The position numbers and the translations under genes are program-made. The notes beneath the pieces were generated by a model that did not search any database, was not told where the DNA came from, and saw only the letters and a list, made by a program, of their open reading frames with translations. From Patescibacteria group bacterium (GTDB lineage: Bacteria > Patescibacteriota > Patescibacteriia > UBA10025 > JBIOWE01), in assembly GCA_044868145.1 (NCBI GenBank), contig JBIOWE010000006.1, positions 350,537 through 397,665 of the forward strand: a DNA stretch of 47,129 nucleotides. Direction: 5' to 3'. Each line of letters opens with the position of its first letter. Position 1 is the stretch's first letter. Shown here in pieces: positions 35,015 to 44,158 of this stretch.

Positions 35015-36094
35015 TTAGACATACTTCTTTAAACCGCGCTTCTCCAAAAGTGCCACAAGTTGTTTCACGTCTTGCGCCTTGTCGCGCGGACAGACGAGAA
35101 TGGCGTCTTCCGTCTCTACGATAATCATGTTCTGGACGCTGATCGTTGCGATCAGCTTTCCTGACGCGCTGTAAATATAATTCCCTCGAGAATCAATGCT
35201 CACATGACGACCAGCGGCCACAACGCTCTTGCCTTTCTTCTCCGCCAGCACTTCTTGGACGGTGCGCCAATGGCCGATGTCCACCCAATCGAAATCAGCG
35301 GGCAGCACGAGCATCTGTTTCGTTTTTTCCATCATACCATAGTCAATGGAGATCGCTGGCATGCTGTGGAACTCTCGCCTGACGACTGACGCCTCCCGTT
35401 TCGTTCCAAGACTATCTTTGATTTTCATAAGCGATGTGAAATGACGCGGCAAATGTTTTCGAAATAATTCCAGTAGATGATCAACGCGCCAGGAGAACAT
35501 GGCAGTGTTCCAAAGGTAATCCCAGCGTTCGAAATATTGTTTCGCCGTTTTGAGATCCGGCTTCTCGATAAATCGTTCACCATAGAATACCTCCTGCTCC
35601 CCAATCTCAAATGCGACTTTGCTAATTTTAACGTAGCCAAGCCCTGTTTCCGGATACGTCGGTTTCAAGCCAACTAATACAGTATAGTTCGGTTTACGTC
35701 GGAGCGCTCGGTCGCTCAGCTTGATATACCGGGCGAATTCGAGAACGTTTTTAATGTAGTAATCGGAATTCGCGATGAACATCGTCTCTTTCGGAAACCG
35801 CTTCGCGATCGTGACCGCGGCGAGCCCAATCGCCGGTGCTGTGTCACGTTTCACGGGCTCAAGAATATACTGCCGTCGGTGGACGCGGGGCAATTGCTTT
35901 TGCAAATACGACAAATAGTGAATATTACTGGAAATATAAATATGCTCCGGTGAAAATGCGCGTCGGAGCCGGTCATAGGTCGCTTGCAAAAGGGTTTTGC
36001 CTCCCATGAACGACTGGACTTGTTTAGGCGTTCGCTTGCGAGAGACTGGCCACAGACGAGTTCCGCCTCCTCCCGCTAAGATTACAGCACGCAT
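35015..36094 (-). CDS. Mannose-1-phosphate guanylyltransferase-like NTP transferase (no cupin/PMI C-terminus)
   Basis: MRAVILAGGGGTRLWPVSRKRTPKQ signature. GGAGGG lies 7 nt upstream of ATG 36094; the track ORF starts 15 nt earlier. Confidence 0.85.
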   Translation of the reverse strand: MRAVILAGGGGTRLWPVSRKRTPKQVQSFMGGKTLLQATYDRLRRAFSPEHIYISSNIHYLSYLQKQLPRVHRRQYILEPVKRDTAPAIGLAAVTIAKRFPKETMFIANSDYYIKNVLEFARYIKLSDRALRRKPNYTVLVGLKPTYPETGLGYVKISKVAFEIGEQEVFYGERFIEKPDLKTAKQYFERWDYLWNTAMFSWRVDHLLELFRKHLPRHFTSLMKIKDSLGTKREASVVRREFHSMPAISIDYGMMEKTKQMLVLPADFDWVDIGHWRTVQEVLAEKKGKSVVAAGRHVSIDSRGNYIYSASGKLIATISVQNMIIVETEDAILVCPRDKAQDVKQLVALLEKRGLKKYV

Positions 36095-36106
36095 AGATAA
36101 GCCCTC

Positions 36107-36127
36107 CACGAATCAATCATCACGAAT
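36107..36127. repeat. CACGAAT x2, left flank of the GxxExxY cassette
   Basis: CACGAAT occurs at 36107-36113 and 36121-36127. ATCATCACGAAT (36116-36127) is the exact reverse complement of 36539-36550. Confidence 0.8.
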
Positions 36128-36201
36128 TTACACATATTGTAATGCATAAAAGGTTAATGAACAACTCTTTTAAAAAGCAAGCTCTTTTTTGTAAATAGGA
36201 A

Positions 36202-36525
36202 TTAAATACCTAACTTTAAACCTGTGGCTTTGAGATAAGCGAGCAGTTGGTTGACATCTTTCTTGTAAAAATCTTCTGCAACTTTCACCTCCACCACAAT
36301 TTTCCCTTCTACAATAAAATCTACAAAGTATCTTCCAATAAGATGGCCTTTATATTTTAATAAAACCTTTCCTTCTCTCTTATACGATAAACGAGCCAAC
36401 TCAAATTCTTTTTCAATCGCTCTTTTATAATACTTTTCTTGATATCCAAACCCAAGGGCATTGTACACGGTAAACATTACGCCAACAATTTCATAACTTA
36501 ATTCCGGATACAGCAGCTTCGACAT
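36202..36525 (-). CDS. GxxExxY family protein (PD-(D/E)XK-like)
   Basis: 107-aa ORF with the N-terminal GFGYQEKYY motif in the characteristic context (VYNALGFGYQEKYYKRAIEKEF). Confidence 0.85.
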   Translation of the reverse strand: MSKLLYPELSYEIVGVMFTVYNALGFGYQEKYYKRAIEKEFELARLSYKREGKVLLKYKGHLIGRYFVDFIVEGKIVVEVKVAEDFYKKDVNQLLAYLKATGLKLGI

Positions 36526-36538
36526 ACATTACTATCTA

Positions 36539-36569
36539 ATTCGTGATGATTCGTGAAAGAAATTCGTGG
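36539..36569. repeat. ATTCGTG x3, right flank of the GxxExxY cassette
   Basis: ATTCGTG occurs at 36539, 36549 and 36562, inverted relative to the left-flank copies. Confidence 0.8.
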
Positions 36570-36573
36570 TGGG

Positions 36574-37212
36574 CTATTCTTCTTTTCCCCACGGCGCCGG
36601 GATGAGCGGCACAAATTGAAATCCCGGATACCGTGTTTCGATAAATTCTTTTTTTTCTTTCTTATCCAAGACGACCATATCTTGCTCCAAATTGCCAACG
36701 GGAATCACGAGTCGCCCGCCGATCTTTAGCTGCACTTTTAGTTTTTCGGGTACGGCATCGCGGCTGGCCGCTGCCACAATAATTTTGTCAAATGGCGCGA
36801 CCTTCGCATACCCCTTGGTTCCATCTCCGGAAATAAACGCGACATTCTTGAACCCATATTTCATAACATTGCGCTCGCCGAATTCTTTGAGCGCGGGAAT
36901 TCTCTCGACAGCGTATACCATTCCCTCTGGCCCAACAAGCTCGGCGAGAAGCGCTGTTTGCCAGCCGGAACCCGAGCCAACATCAAAAATTTTCTCCCCC
37001 TCTTTTGGTTGTAAAAGCTCGAGCATGAAGGCGACTGTCAATGGTTGAGAAATTGTTTGGCCATGAGAAAGGGGCAAGGGAATATTCTGCGCATACTCGT
37101 CTTTCATGTCATCAGGCAAAAAATCCCTGCGATGAATTTTCCGAAACGCTTCGATAATCGCGGGCGTCTTGAGATACCCTTCGTGAATAAGTTCTTGGAT
37201 TAACTGTTCCAT
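36574..37212 (-). CDS. pcm: Protein-L-isoaspartate O-methyltransferase
   Basis: ..HRRDFLP.., ..GQTISQPLTVAFMLELL.., ..DVGSGSGWQTALLAELVG.. I chose ATG 37212 (MEQLIQEL); the track starts at TTG 37296. Confidence 0.9.
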   Translation of the reverse strand: MEQLIQELIHEGYLKTPAIIEAFRKIHRRDFLPDDMKDEYAQNIPLPLSHGQTISQPLTVAFMLELLQPKEGEKIFDVGSGSGWQTALLAELVGPEGMVYAVERIPALKEFGERNVMKYGFKNVAFISGDGTKGYAKVAPFDKIIVAAASRDAVPEKLKVQLKIGGRLVIPVGNLEQDMVVLDKKEKKEFIETRYPGFQFVPLIPAPWGKEE

Positions 37213-37429
37213 ACAGGTATCCTTCCCACGCCTCAGTATACCAAAAAAAAGCTCTTCCGCGAATTCTTTTTCCAGTTTGCCTGCTTTGCTTGACAAAACG
37301 AGTAAAGAATGATTGAATCAATCAGCTAATGTGCATAACGTGTGAGTAAATACATCCTTACAGTTTTAAGGATTTTCCTGTACTCTTAAAGGGTGAAACC
37401 GCCATTTTTAGGCGGTACTATTATTCTTC

Positions 37430-39184
37430 ATGATAAGTTTTCTTGTCAGCGACAACCCACATTCCCGACTGGGGAAAAAGCTGGAAAAAGCCCAGCTTGT
37501 TTCGCGTAATCAATTTCGGGATCTTGCCACGCGAGCGAAGCGTGAGGATCGACATGTTGTTGAAGTCCTATTTGAGCATATCCCGACCAACCACGACCGA
37601 ATTTTGCGCGTCGTGGGCGAACACTTTAATGCGCCTCCCGCATTACTCCACAAACGCGTTATTTCACGGTACATTCTCAATCTGATCCCCAAAGAAATTG
37701 CGGAGCAGCATTCGGTCATTGTATTTAAGAAAATAAAAGACGTTATCCACGTTGCAGTCACAAATCCGGAGAACACGCAAATCATTGAGTTCGTAAAAAA
37801 GAAAACCGGACTGACGCCAAAAGTGTTCATCGCGTCGCCGGATGAGATCAGCCAAGCACTCAAAAAATACGAAGAAGAAATTGCCACAGAGTTTGCAAAG
37901 ATCATCCAAGACAGTATAAACGAGGCGCTCGCCATTCACGATACGGTTGAAAAAATGGCTCAGTACGTGCCGATCGTGAAAATGGTGGACACTATTATTG
38001 AGCGTGCGCTGACCAAACGCGCTTCAGACATCCATATTGAACCAGACACGCTTGGTATTGCTGTACGATTTCGTATTGACGGACAACTACATAGAATCGT
38101 TGCATTACCAACGGCAATTCTCCCTCCGCTGGTCACGCGGATCAAAATTCTCGCAAATCTCAAGATTGATGAACATCGAATCCCACAAGACGGCCGCTTC
38201 AAGTTTCATTTTAAAAATCGCGATGTTGCAATCCGCGTGTCCATGGTCCCAACGCTGCATGGCACAAAAGCCGCCATGCGCCTCCTCGATACGCAAGAGA
38301 GTGAGTTTACGCTGCCACGCCTGGGGTTCAATCAACGCGATCTGAAGGTTGTCAAAACGGAAATCAAAAAACCCCACGGCATGATCCTCGTCACCGGCCC
38401 GACGGGTTCAGGAAAAACAACCACCCTCTATACCTTACTGCGCATGCTCAACAAAGAGCACGTCAACATTTGCACTATAGAGGATCCTATCGAATACGGA
38501 ATCCAGGGCATCAACCAGACACAGATCAACCCGCCAGCTGGACTGACATTCGCGAACGGACTGCGCTCGTTGCTTCGGCAAGACCCGAACATTATCATGG
38601 TCGGTGAAATTCGAGATGCGGAAACGGCAGAAATCGCGGTTCATGCCGCAATGACCGGACACCTCGTCCTTTCCACCCTGCATACGAACAATGCGTTCAT
38701 TGCCTTTCAAAGACTGACAGAGATGGGCGTCCAGCGCTTCCTCGCGGGCTCCGTCATTAATCTCATCATTGGCCAACGACTTGTGCGGCGTATTTGTCCG
38801 CATTGTAAAGCGAGCGCCGGCTCAACACCAAAAATCATCGAGCAATACGCACAGTATCTCGACCTAAAAAATGCCTACACAAGATTGAAAACAATGGGAC
38901 TCCTAGCGTCGCACAACGCAAAAGCGATTACGGACATCCGATTTTACACCGGCAAGGGATGTGAAAAGTGCAGTTACAGCGGCTACCAGGGGCGTGTGGG
39001 TATTTATGAACTTGTTGCAATGAATGCAGGTTTGCACCAAACTGTTTTGAGCAATCCTGATGCGAGCGCCGTCCAAAACATCGCAGTCAAGCACGGAACG
39101 CTCACGATGGCGGAGGATGGCATCTTAAAAGTAATCGGCGGGCTCACAACGTTCGAAGAAGTCGCCCGCACCACGAAAGAATAA
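37430..39184 (+). CDS. pilB: Type IV pilus assembly ATPase (GspE/PilB family)
   Basis: 584-aa ORF with a T2SSE_N-like N-terminus, Walker A GPTGSGKTTT, Asp and His boxes, and a tetracysteine motif (CPHCK..CEKC). Confidence 0.92.
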   Translation: MISFLVSDNPHSRLGKKLEKAQLVSRNQFRDLATRAKREDRHVVEVLFEHIPTNHDRILRVVGEHFNAPPALLHKRVISRYILNLIPKEIAEQHSVIVFKKIKDVIHVAVTNPENTQIIEFVKKKTGLTPKVFIASPDEISQALKKYEEEIATEFAKIIQDSINEALAIHDTVEKMAQYVPIVKMVDTIIERALTKRASDIHIEPDTLGIAVRFRIDGQLHRIVALPTAILPPLVTRIKILANLKIDEHRIPQDGRFKFHFKNRDVAIRVSMVPTLHGTKAAMRLLDTQESEFTLPRLGFNQRDLKVVKTEIKKPHGMILVTGPTGSGKTTTLYTLLRMLNKEHVNICTIEDPIEYGIQGINQTQINPPAGLTFANGLRSLLRQDPNIIMVGEIRDAETAEIAVHAAMTGHLVLSTLHTNNAFIAFQRLTEMGVQRFLAGSVINLIIGQRLVRRICPHCKASAGSTPKIIEQYAQYLDLKNAYTRLKTMGLLASHNAKAITDIRFYTGKGCEKCSYSGYQGRVGIYELVAMNAGLHQTVLSNPDASAVQNIAVKHGTLTMAEDGILKVIGGLTTFEEVARTTKE

Positions 39185-39291
39185 TATCCACTAATCTATT
39201 ATCACGAATCAACACTAATCCCTAGGCTGCTCATCAATACAAATGGGCTTAGATTGGTTGAATAAATTCGCGGAGGGCACTACAAAATAAT

Positions 39292-40500
39292 ATGAGTACA
39301 TTTCTTTACACAGGACTCGACACGGCCAGCGCATATGTAAAAGGCCGCGTCGAAGCAAAAAATCAAAAAAAGGCCTTGGCGCAACTCGAGGGCGAGGGGT
39401 TCATGATTGTGAACATCAAAGAGGAAAAAACCAAACGATTCGGAAAAATCAATTCCATTTTCGACTCCGTCACTCGCCTCGACAAAATTTTCTTCACGCG
39501 CCATCTGTTTACGATGCTTGAATCCGGCATTGCGCTTGACCACGCCGTAAAAATTACCGCCGAGCAAATCAATAACCAAAAGTTTAAAGCCGTGCTCGAA
39601 GACATCCATGCGCGGCTTCGGCAAGGGCAAACGTTTTACTCTGCGCTCGGCCAGCACCCACGGTTCTTCTCAAACTTTTTCATCAATCTTGTCAAAGTCG
39701 GCGAAAAAAGCGGAAAACTTGAGGAAGTGTTGTTCTACTTATTAGAGCAGCAAGAAAGCGATTATGAATTGCTGACCAAATCGCGCGGGGCCATGATCTA
39801 TCCTTCAATTATTATTACCGCGCTCCTCGTAATGGTTACATTTATGATGGTATTCGTCGTCCCGAAGGTAACCGGCGTCCTCACACAATATGACGTAGAT
39901 CTCCCTATAGCGACGAAAGTATTGATTGCAATCAGCAAATTCCTGATATCGTACGGCATATTCCTCATTCCGGTGATTGCACTCCTTGCCTTTGCATTCC
40001 GTAAGTGGATTAAAACGAATAAAGGCAAGCATGTATGGCACTCTTTTTTATTGAAAATCCCTCGGCTGAATAAAATGATCGTTGAATTCAATCTTGCGCG
40101 GCTGGCTCGTTCCATGTCCGCCTTGCTCAAGAGCGGCGTGTCATTCGATGAAGCGATGGAGCTTGCCGCAAGCGTTTCAAATAATGTTATGTTTCAAGAT
40201 TCGTTACGGGTCGGCATCCCATTCATCCAGAAAGGCGTCGGGTTTAGCGAGGTGCTCAAGGGTTATCCAAAATTGTACCCGCCAATCACGACGCGTATGG
40301 TAGAGGTCGGCGAAAGATCCGGTAAGCTTGACCATATGTTGTCCCGCCTCGCAACATTTTACGAAAAATCGGTAACAACATCCATTGGCAACCTTGCATC
40401 CGTTATTGAGCCTGTGTTACTGCTCTGTATCGGATTCGCAGTTGCCTTTGTGGCCATCGCGGTTTTGACGCCAATTTGGAAATTCTCCGAGACGATTTGA
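39292..40500 (+). CDS. pilC: Type IV pilus platform protein (GspF/PilC family)
   Basis: 402-aa ORF with two T2SSF repeats and 3 TM segments. It lies directly after pilB. Confidence 0.92.
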   Translation: MSTFLYTGLDTASAYVKGRVEAKNQKKALAQLEGEGFMIVNIKEEKTKRFGKINSIFDSVTRLDKIFFTRHLFTMLESGIALDHAVKITAEQINNQKFKAVLEDIHARLRQGQTFYSALGQHPRFFSNFFINLVKVGEKSGKLEEVLFYLLEQQESDYELLTKSRGAMIYPSIIITALLVMVTFMMVFVVPKVTGVLTQYDVDLPIATKVLIAISKFLISYGIFLIPVIALLAFAFRKWIKTNKGKHVWHSFLLKIPRLNKMIVEFNLARLARSMSALLKSGVSFDEAMELAASVSNNVMFQDSLRVGIPFIQKGVGFSEVLKGYPKLYPPITTRMVEVGERSGKLDHMLSRLATFYEKSVTTSIGNLASVIEPVLLLCIGFAVAFVAIAVLTPIWKFSETI

Positions 40501-40604
40501 GAATTCAGTATTACGAATGAAGGATTGAAAAATTTGAATCAGTGGTTTGGAAATCTAGCATCCAAGAATACGCAATTCGGAATACGAAATCCTTAATAGA
40601 CAAT

Positions 40605-41060
40605 ATGCTAAAAAACAATATTATGAAAACTTGGGGATCAAGAAGTGGCTTCACGCTGATTGAGGTTTTGACCGTCATCGGCATCATCTCCATCCTTGTG
40701 GTGGTGGCCGTGCCGTCATACGCCCTGATGAGAAACAACGTTGCGCTAACGAGCACCGTGGAAGATCTTGCTGATACGCTACGCATTGCCCAAAATTATT
40801 CAATGACTTCCCAAGATGGCGCTACCTGGGGTGTGCATTGTGCCAGCGACCGATACTCAATGTATAAAGGAACATGGCCAACGGCTCCGGCAAAGGAGAC
40901 GTTGCTTCCTTCGGGCGTGACCATGACCTGCGGCATTAGCGACATTACCTTTGAACGATTGACCGGATCTACACAAAACACCCAGATTACAGTCAGTCTT
41001 TCCACCGGCGTTGTACGCACTATTCAAGTTTCCGCGTCTGGAAAAATATCTCTTCAATAA
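40605..41060 (+). CDS. Prepilin-type N-terminal cleavage/methylation domain pilin
   Basis: G|FTLIEVLTVIGIISILVVVAVPSY class III signal. Start is ATG 40605 or 40623; the track starts at 40542 on a non-ATG codon. Confidence 0.8.
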   Translation: MLKNNIMKTWGSRSGFTLIEVLTVIGIISILVVVAVPSYALMRNNVALTSTVEDLADTLRIAQNYSMTSQDGATWGVHCASDRYSMYKGTWPTAPAKETLLPSGVTMTCGISDITFERLTGSTQNTQITVSLSTGVVRTIQVSASGKISLQ

Positions 41061-41061
41061 C

Positions 41062-41637
41062 ATGAACCGAGTATCCAACAATCAATCAGGCGTCAGTGTT
41101 GTCGAGGTGCTCATTGCGCTTTCCATGGCCGGCATTATCGTGGCTAGTATCGGCAACGCGCTCGCTGCCACGCACCGCCTAACGCAATCGAGCGAGTTGA
41201 AGCAGCGCGCGACCGCGTATGCGAAACAAATCACTGAATCAATCACGGAAAACCAAAGAGAACTGTTCGCCTGCGTTTGCAATGGCTCAAGCGGATATCC
41301 ACACTCTGCAGGGACGTGCGCGAGTGGAACCTGCACGCGGACTTCTGATTCGCAACAGTGCGCCCCAGCTCCGCTGTATCAAAGCTGCTGGACAACATAT
41401 CCAAATGGACTCAGTGGTAATGCGGGCCCATACCATTATGACTTCGCGTCAAACATGATCGTAGCAAGCGCGGCCGCGCTCGATGCGCAATTTACGCAAA
41501 CTATTTCCATAACGAACATTTCGAACGATCCAAACAGAAAACAAATAAGCGTCGTGGTCTCGTGGACTGAACGCGAAGTTCCAAAAAACATAACAAACAC
41601 AACGATTTTAACCGGCTGGAAAAACGAGACACCATAA
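41062..41637 (+). CDS. Minor pilin-like protein with a degenerate prepilin N-terminus
   Basis: MNRVSNNQSG|VSVVEVLIALSMAGIIVASIG. The ATG lies 1 nt after the previous stop. There is a Cys-rich middle segment. Confidence 0.7.
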   Translation: MNRVSNNQSGVSVVEVLIALSMAGIIVASIGNALAATHRLTQSSELKQRATAYAKQITESITENQRELFACVCNGSSGYPHSAGTCASGTCTRTSDSQQCAPAPLYQSCWTTYPNGLSGNAGPYHYDFASNMIVASAAALDAQFTQTISITNISNDPNRKQISVVVSWTEREVPKNITNTTILTGWKNETP

Positions 41638-41640
41638 CAT

Positions 41641-42150
41641 ATGAAACGACCTGGACTGAAGAAAAAAAAGAACGAATCGGGGTTCACGCTCATCGAATTG
41701 CTTATTTACATGAGTTTAGTTTCGGTTACCCTGCTTGTGTTAATGAACTTTGTTACGGACGTTACGAAAAGCGCCGCAAAAACCAAAATAACAAGAGAAA
41801 TTCAGCAGAACGCTCGGTTGGTGCTTTCCCGAATAACGCAAGACGTGCGCACAGCGCAAACAATCCCTACGTTCAGCAATGGCAATACTGCGATCACATT
41901 TACAAATTCGGCTGGCCAAACAGAATTGATCTGTCTTGAAGCAGGAGAAGTTCGCTACATCGTCGGCGGTGGAACATGCGCGACTGCTCAATCGCTGACG
42001 ACAAATAAAGTCAACGTTACGCAACTCGATTTTTCTAACAGTGCGAACGCAGTGACGATCAATCTAACCGTAGGAAAAAATAATCAACTCGACACCATTA
42101 ATCCTCTAACTCTTTCGTCAACCGTCGTTCCGCGCCGTCAATTATATTAA
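41641..42150 (+). CDS. Prepilin-type N-terminal cleavage/methylation domain pilin
   Basis: KKKKNESG|FTLIELLIYMSLVSVTLLVL. Confidence 0.8.
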   Translation: MKRPGLKKKKNESGFTLIELLIYMSLVSVTLLVLMNFVTDVTKSAAKTKITREIQQNARLVLSRITQDVRTAQTIPTFSNGNTAITFTNSAGQTELICLEAGEVRYIVGGGTCATAQSLTTNKVNVTQLDFSNSANAVTINLTVGKNNQLDTINPLTLSSTVVPRRQLY

Positions 42151-42154
42151 TCCT

Positions 42155-43552
42155 ATGGGCGATCTGAAACAAAATCAAAAAGGTGCGGTGGCAATACTTA
42201 CGCTGTTGGCAATTTCTGTATTTGCGCTTGCAGTGATGAGCACGGTAAGCGTACTCGCGGCGAACGCGTTGCAAATGTCATCAGCTGACGCGAATTCTGA
42301 TAAGACGTTTTATGCGGCTGAAGCAGGCGTCAATGAAGCACTGAATAAACTGATCACGAATCCTGTGCCAGAACCATTCTCGTTGAGTCTCAACGGCGTG
42401 AATGTTCAAATTACGGTTACGAGTTCTTCCGATACAACTCCTTGCGCTTCGAATCCGGACAATCCGTATCCAAGAATTATTCAGTCACAAGCGACTGACT
42501 CGACGGGAAAAGAGCGAACCGTACAAATCATTGCTTGTAGCTCTGCTTTTTCAGGAGGATTCAACTATGCGGTTCAAGGAGGAGCGGGCGGAATTTTCAT
42601 GGACCAAAATAGTTATATCATCGGGAAGGTCTATTCGAACGCTGATATTATCGGCAGTAACGGCGCTGAGGTAAGAACTGTTTCAGGCACGCCTGGTGAT
42701 GTCTGGGTTGCCGACACGAATACACTGGACAACGTTCATGCATTCGGCGATGTGCGCGCCCACGCCATTAAGAATTCCACGATAGGTGGACATGCATATT
42801 ATCAAACTGTTATTGGCACCGTTAAAGCAAACAACGGGTCCGACACATGTACAGAAAACGAAAATGGACCAAATTGTTTTGACGGCTCGGCTGATCAACC
42901 GCAACGAGATCTCCCAATCAATGATGCAGATGTGCAAAACTGGAAAGATGACATCAGCGATCCTTCTAATCCAAACACGCCGCTTGGTCCTTCTGGTGGA
43001 TCCTGTCCAGCGAACACCTATTGCGTCAGCGGGTCTGCGACGCTTGGCCGACAAAAAATAAATGGAAACTTTTATCTAGGGAATGGTGCAACATTAACAT
43101 TAACTGGTAATCTCTGGGTTAGTGGAAATATTACACTTGATAACAATGGAGCAGTGAAACTGAGTGATGACCTCGGCGGTGGCAGTACTGTTATTATTTC
43201 TGATGGGACCATTAACGTTGAAAATAATTTATCGATACAAGGCAACAGTGACCCGCGCAGCTTTCTCCTTGTTCTATCAACGAGCAATAGTGGCGTGTCG
43301 GACTCTTGCTCTGATCCGCATGCTGTACCAACTGTGTATGCTTCGAATAATTCTACGGCGATTATTTTCGCAGCTATTCATGGTTTACTAAAAGTTAAGA
43401 ATAATGGTCATCTGAACGCTGCCGCTGTACAAAAATTGTGCTTGGAAAACGGAGCGAACGTAACCTTTAACACAAACCTCGCATCCTTTACCGTTCCGGG
43501 CGGCGGAGGCGACACGGTTGGGACCGCACTGGGGACGTGGCAGGAGAAATAG
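42155..43552 (+). CDS. PilX-N-like large minor pilin / pilus tip-associated protein with a beta-helix-like C-terminal region
   Basis: 465-aa ORF with KGAVAILTLLAISVFALAVMS..FYAAEAGVNEAL (PilX N-terminal pattern). Gly/Asn-rich repeats follow (GNFYLGNGATLTLTGNLWVSGNITLDNNG). Confidence 0.6.
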   Translation: MGDLKQNQKGAVAILTLLAISVFALAVMSTVSVLAANALQMSSADANSDKTFYAAEAGVNEALNKLITNPVPEPFSLSLNGVNVQITVTSSSDTTPCASNPDNPYPRIIQSQATDSTGKERTVQIIACSSAFSGGFNYAVQGGAGGIFMDQNSYIIGKVYSNADIIGSNGAEVRTVSGTPGDVWVADTNTLDNVHAFGDVRAHAIKNSTIGGHAYYQTVIGTVKANNGSDTCTENENGPNCFDGSADQPQRDLPINDADVQNWKDDISDPSNPNTPLGPSGGSCPANTYCVSGSATLGRQKINGNFYLGNGATLTLTGNLWVSGNITLDNNGAVKLSDDLGGGSTVIISDGTINVENNLSIQGNSDPRSFLLVLSTSNSGVSDSCSDPHAVPTVYASNNSTAIIFAAIHGLLKVKNNGHLNAAAVQKLCLENGANVTFNTNLASFTVPGGGGDTVGTALGTWQEK

Positions 43553-43553
43553 A

Positions 43554-43664
43554 CCCCCCACCTATTTCTGTTTATTCTCACTGCAAAGAAGAGCCCGTTC
43601 ACAAAGTGCTTCTTCTTTACTATGGTGATTTTCTGAAATAGGCGTGGGGGTAAGGTTATCCACA
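43554..43664 (+). repeat. Composite 3'-end element, copy 2: C-run inverted repeat plus GTTATCCACAG box
   Basis: CCCCCCACCTATTTC (43554-43568) pairs with GAAATAGGCGTGGGGG (43635-43650) with one bulge. TTATCCACA follows at 43656-43664. The element starts 2 nt after the stop codon at 43550-43552. Confidence 0.7.
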
Positions 43665-43712
43665 GCCCAATTTTCCTCAAAAAATAAAGGGCAAATGAAT
43701 CGAGGACTTTAC

Positions 43713-43741
43713 TTGACAAGATTAGGGTGGATTGGTACTAT
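43713..43741 (+). promoter_or_regulatory. Sigma70-like promoter about 420 nt upstream of the surface-protein gene
   Basis: TTGACA (43713-43718), a 17-nt spacer, then TACTAT (43736-43741). A weaker TTGACA-16-TAAGGT lies at 43925-43952. Confidence 0.45.
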
Positions 43742-44158
43742 GTCATAACGATTAACAAAAATTGCACCTTCGTTAGGCCAAGTAAATCAGCTCTTTTTTC
43801 GAGTGTGAGGTACCCGCACATTATCAAATCTTTCGGGAGGAAAGAAAGCCATCAAGAGTTTATTCTCGTTTGCGAACATTCGCAGACTATTGAAAAGCAA
43901 AATCCCGCACAACCCAGCTATCACTTGACAAATTTCCTAGCTGTGGTAAGGTGTGTTGATTTAGTGAATAAGTAATTTCTTGCTGGTTTTTTTGTTTTCA
44001 TAGCCAAAGTTTCGAGCGAATAAAAAGCTCAAAAATGTCAAAATCGCGATGAAAATTTGGCTAAGAAAACAATCCCGCTGAGGTCGCGAAGCGGCCGATA
44101 GCGGGATATCAATCCCAAACTTAATCAATAACCTTATTAACCTTGATTTAACACATTT

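Noticed and set aside
43835-43850. GGGAGGAAAGAAAGCC, which resembles the RNase P RNA GGAGGAAAGUCC motif
   Set aside because: The critical GUCC is absent. None of the other conserved RNase P helices or motifs could be found nearby.
43727-43975. 82-aa plus-strand ORF in the gap upstream of the surface-protein gene
   Set aside because: It has a non-ATG start inside the predicted promoter spacer, no RBS and a sequence with no protein-like character.
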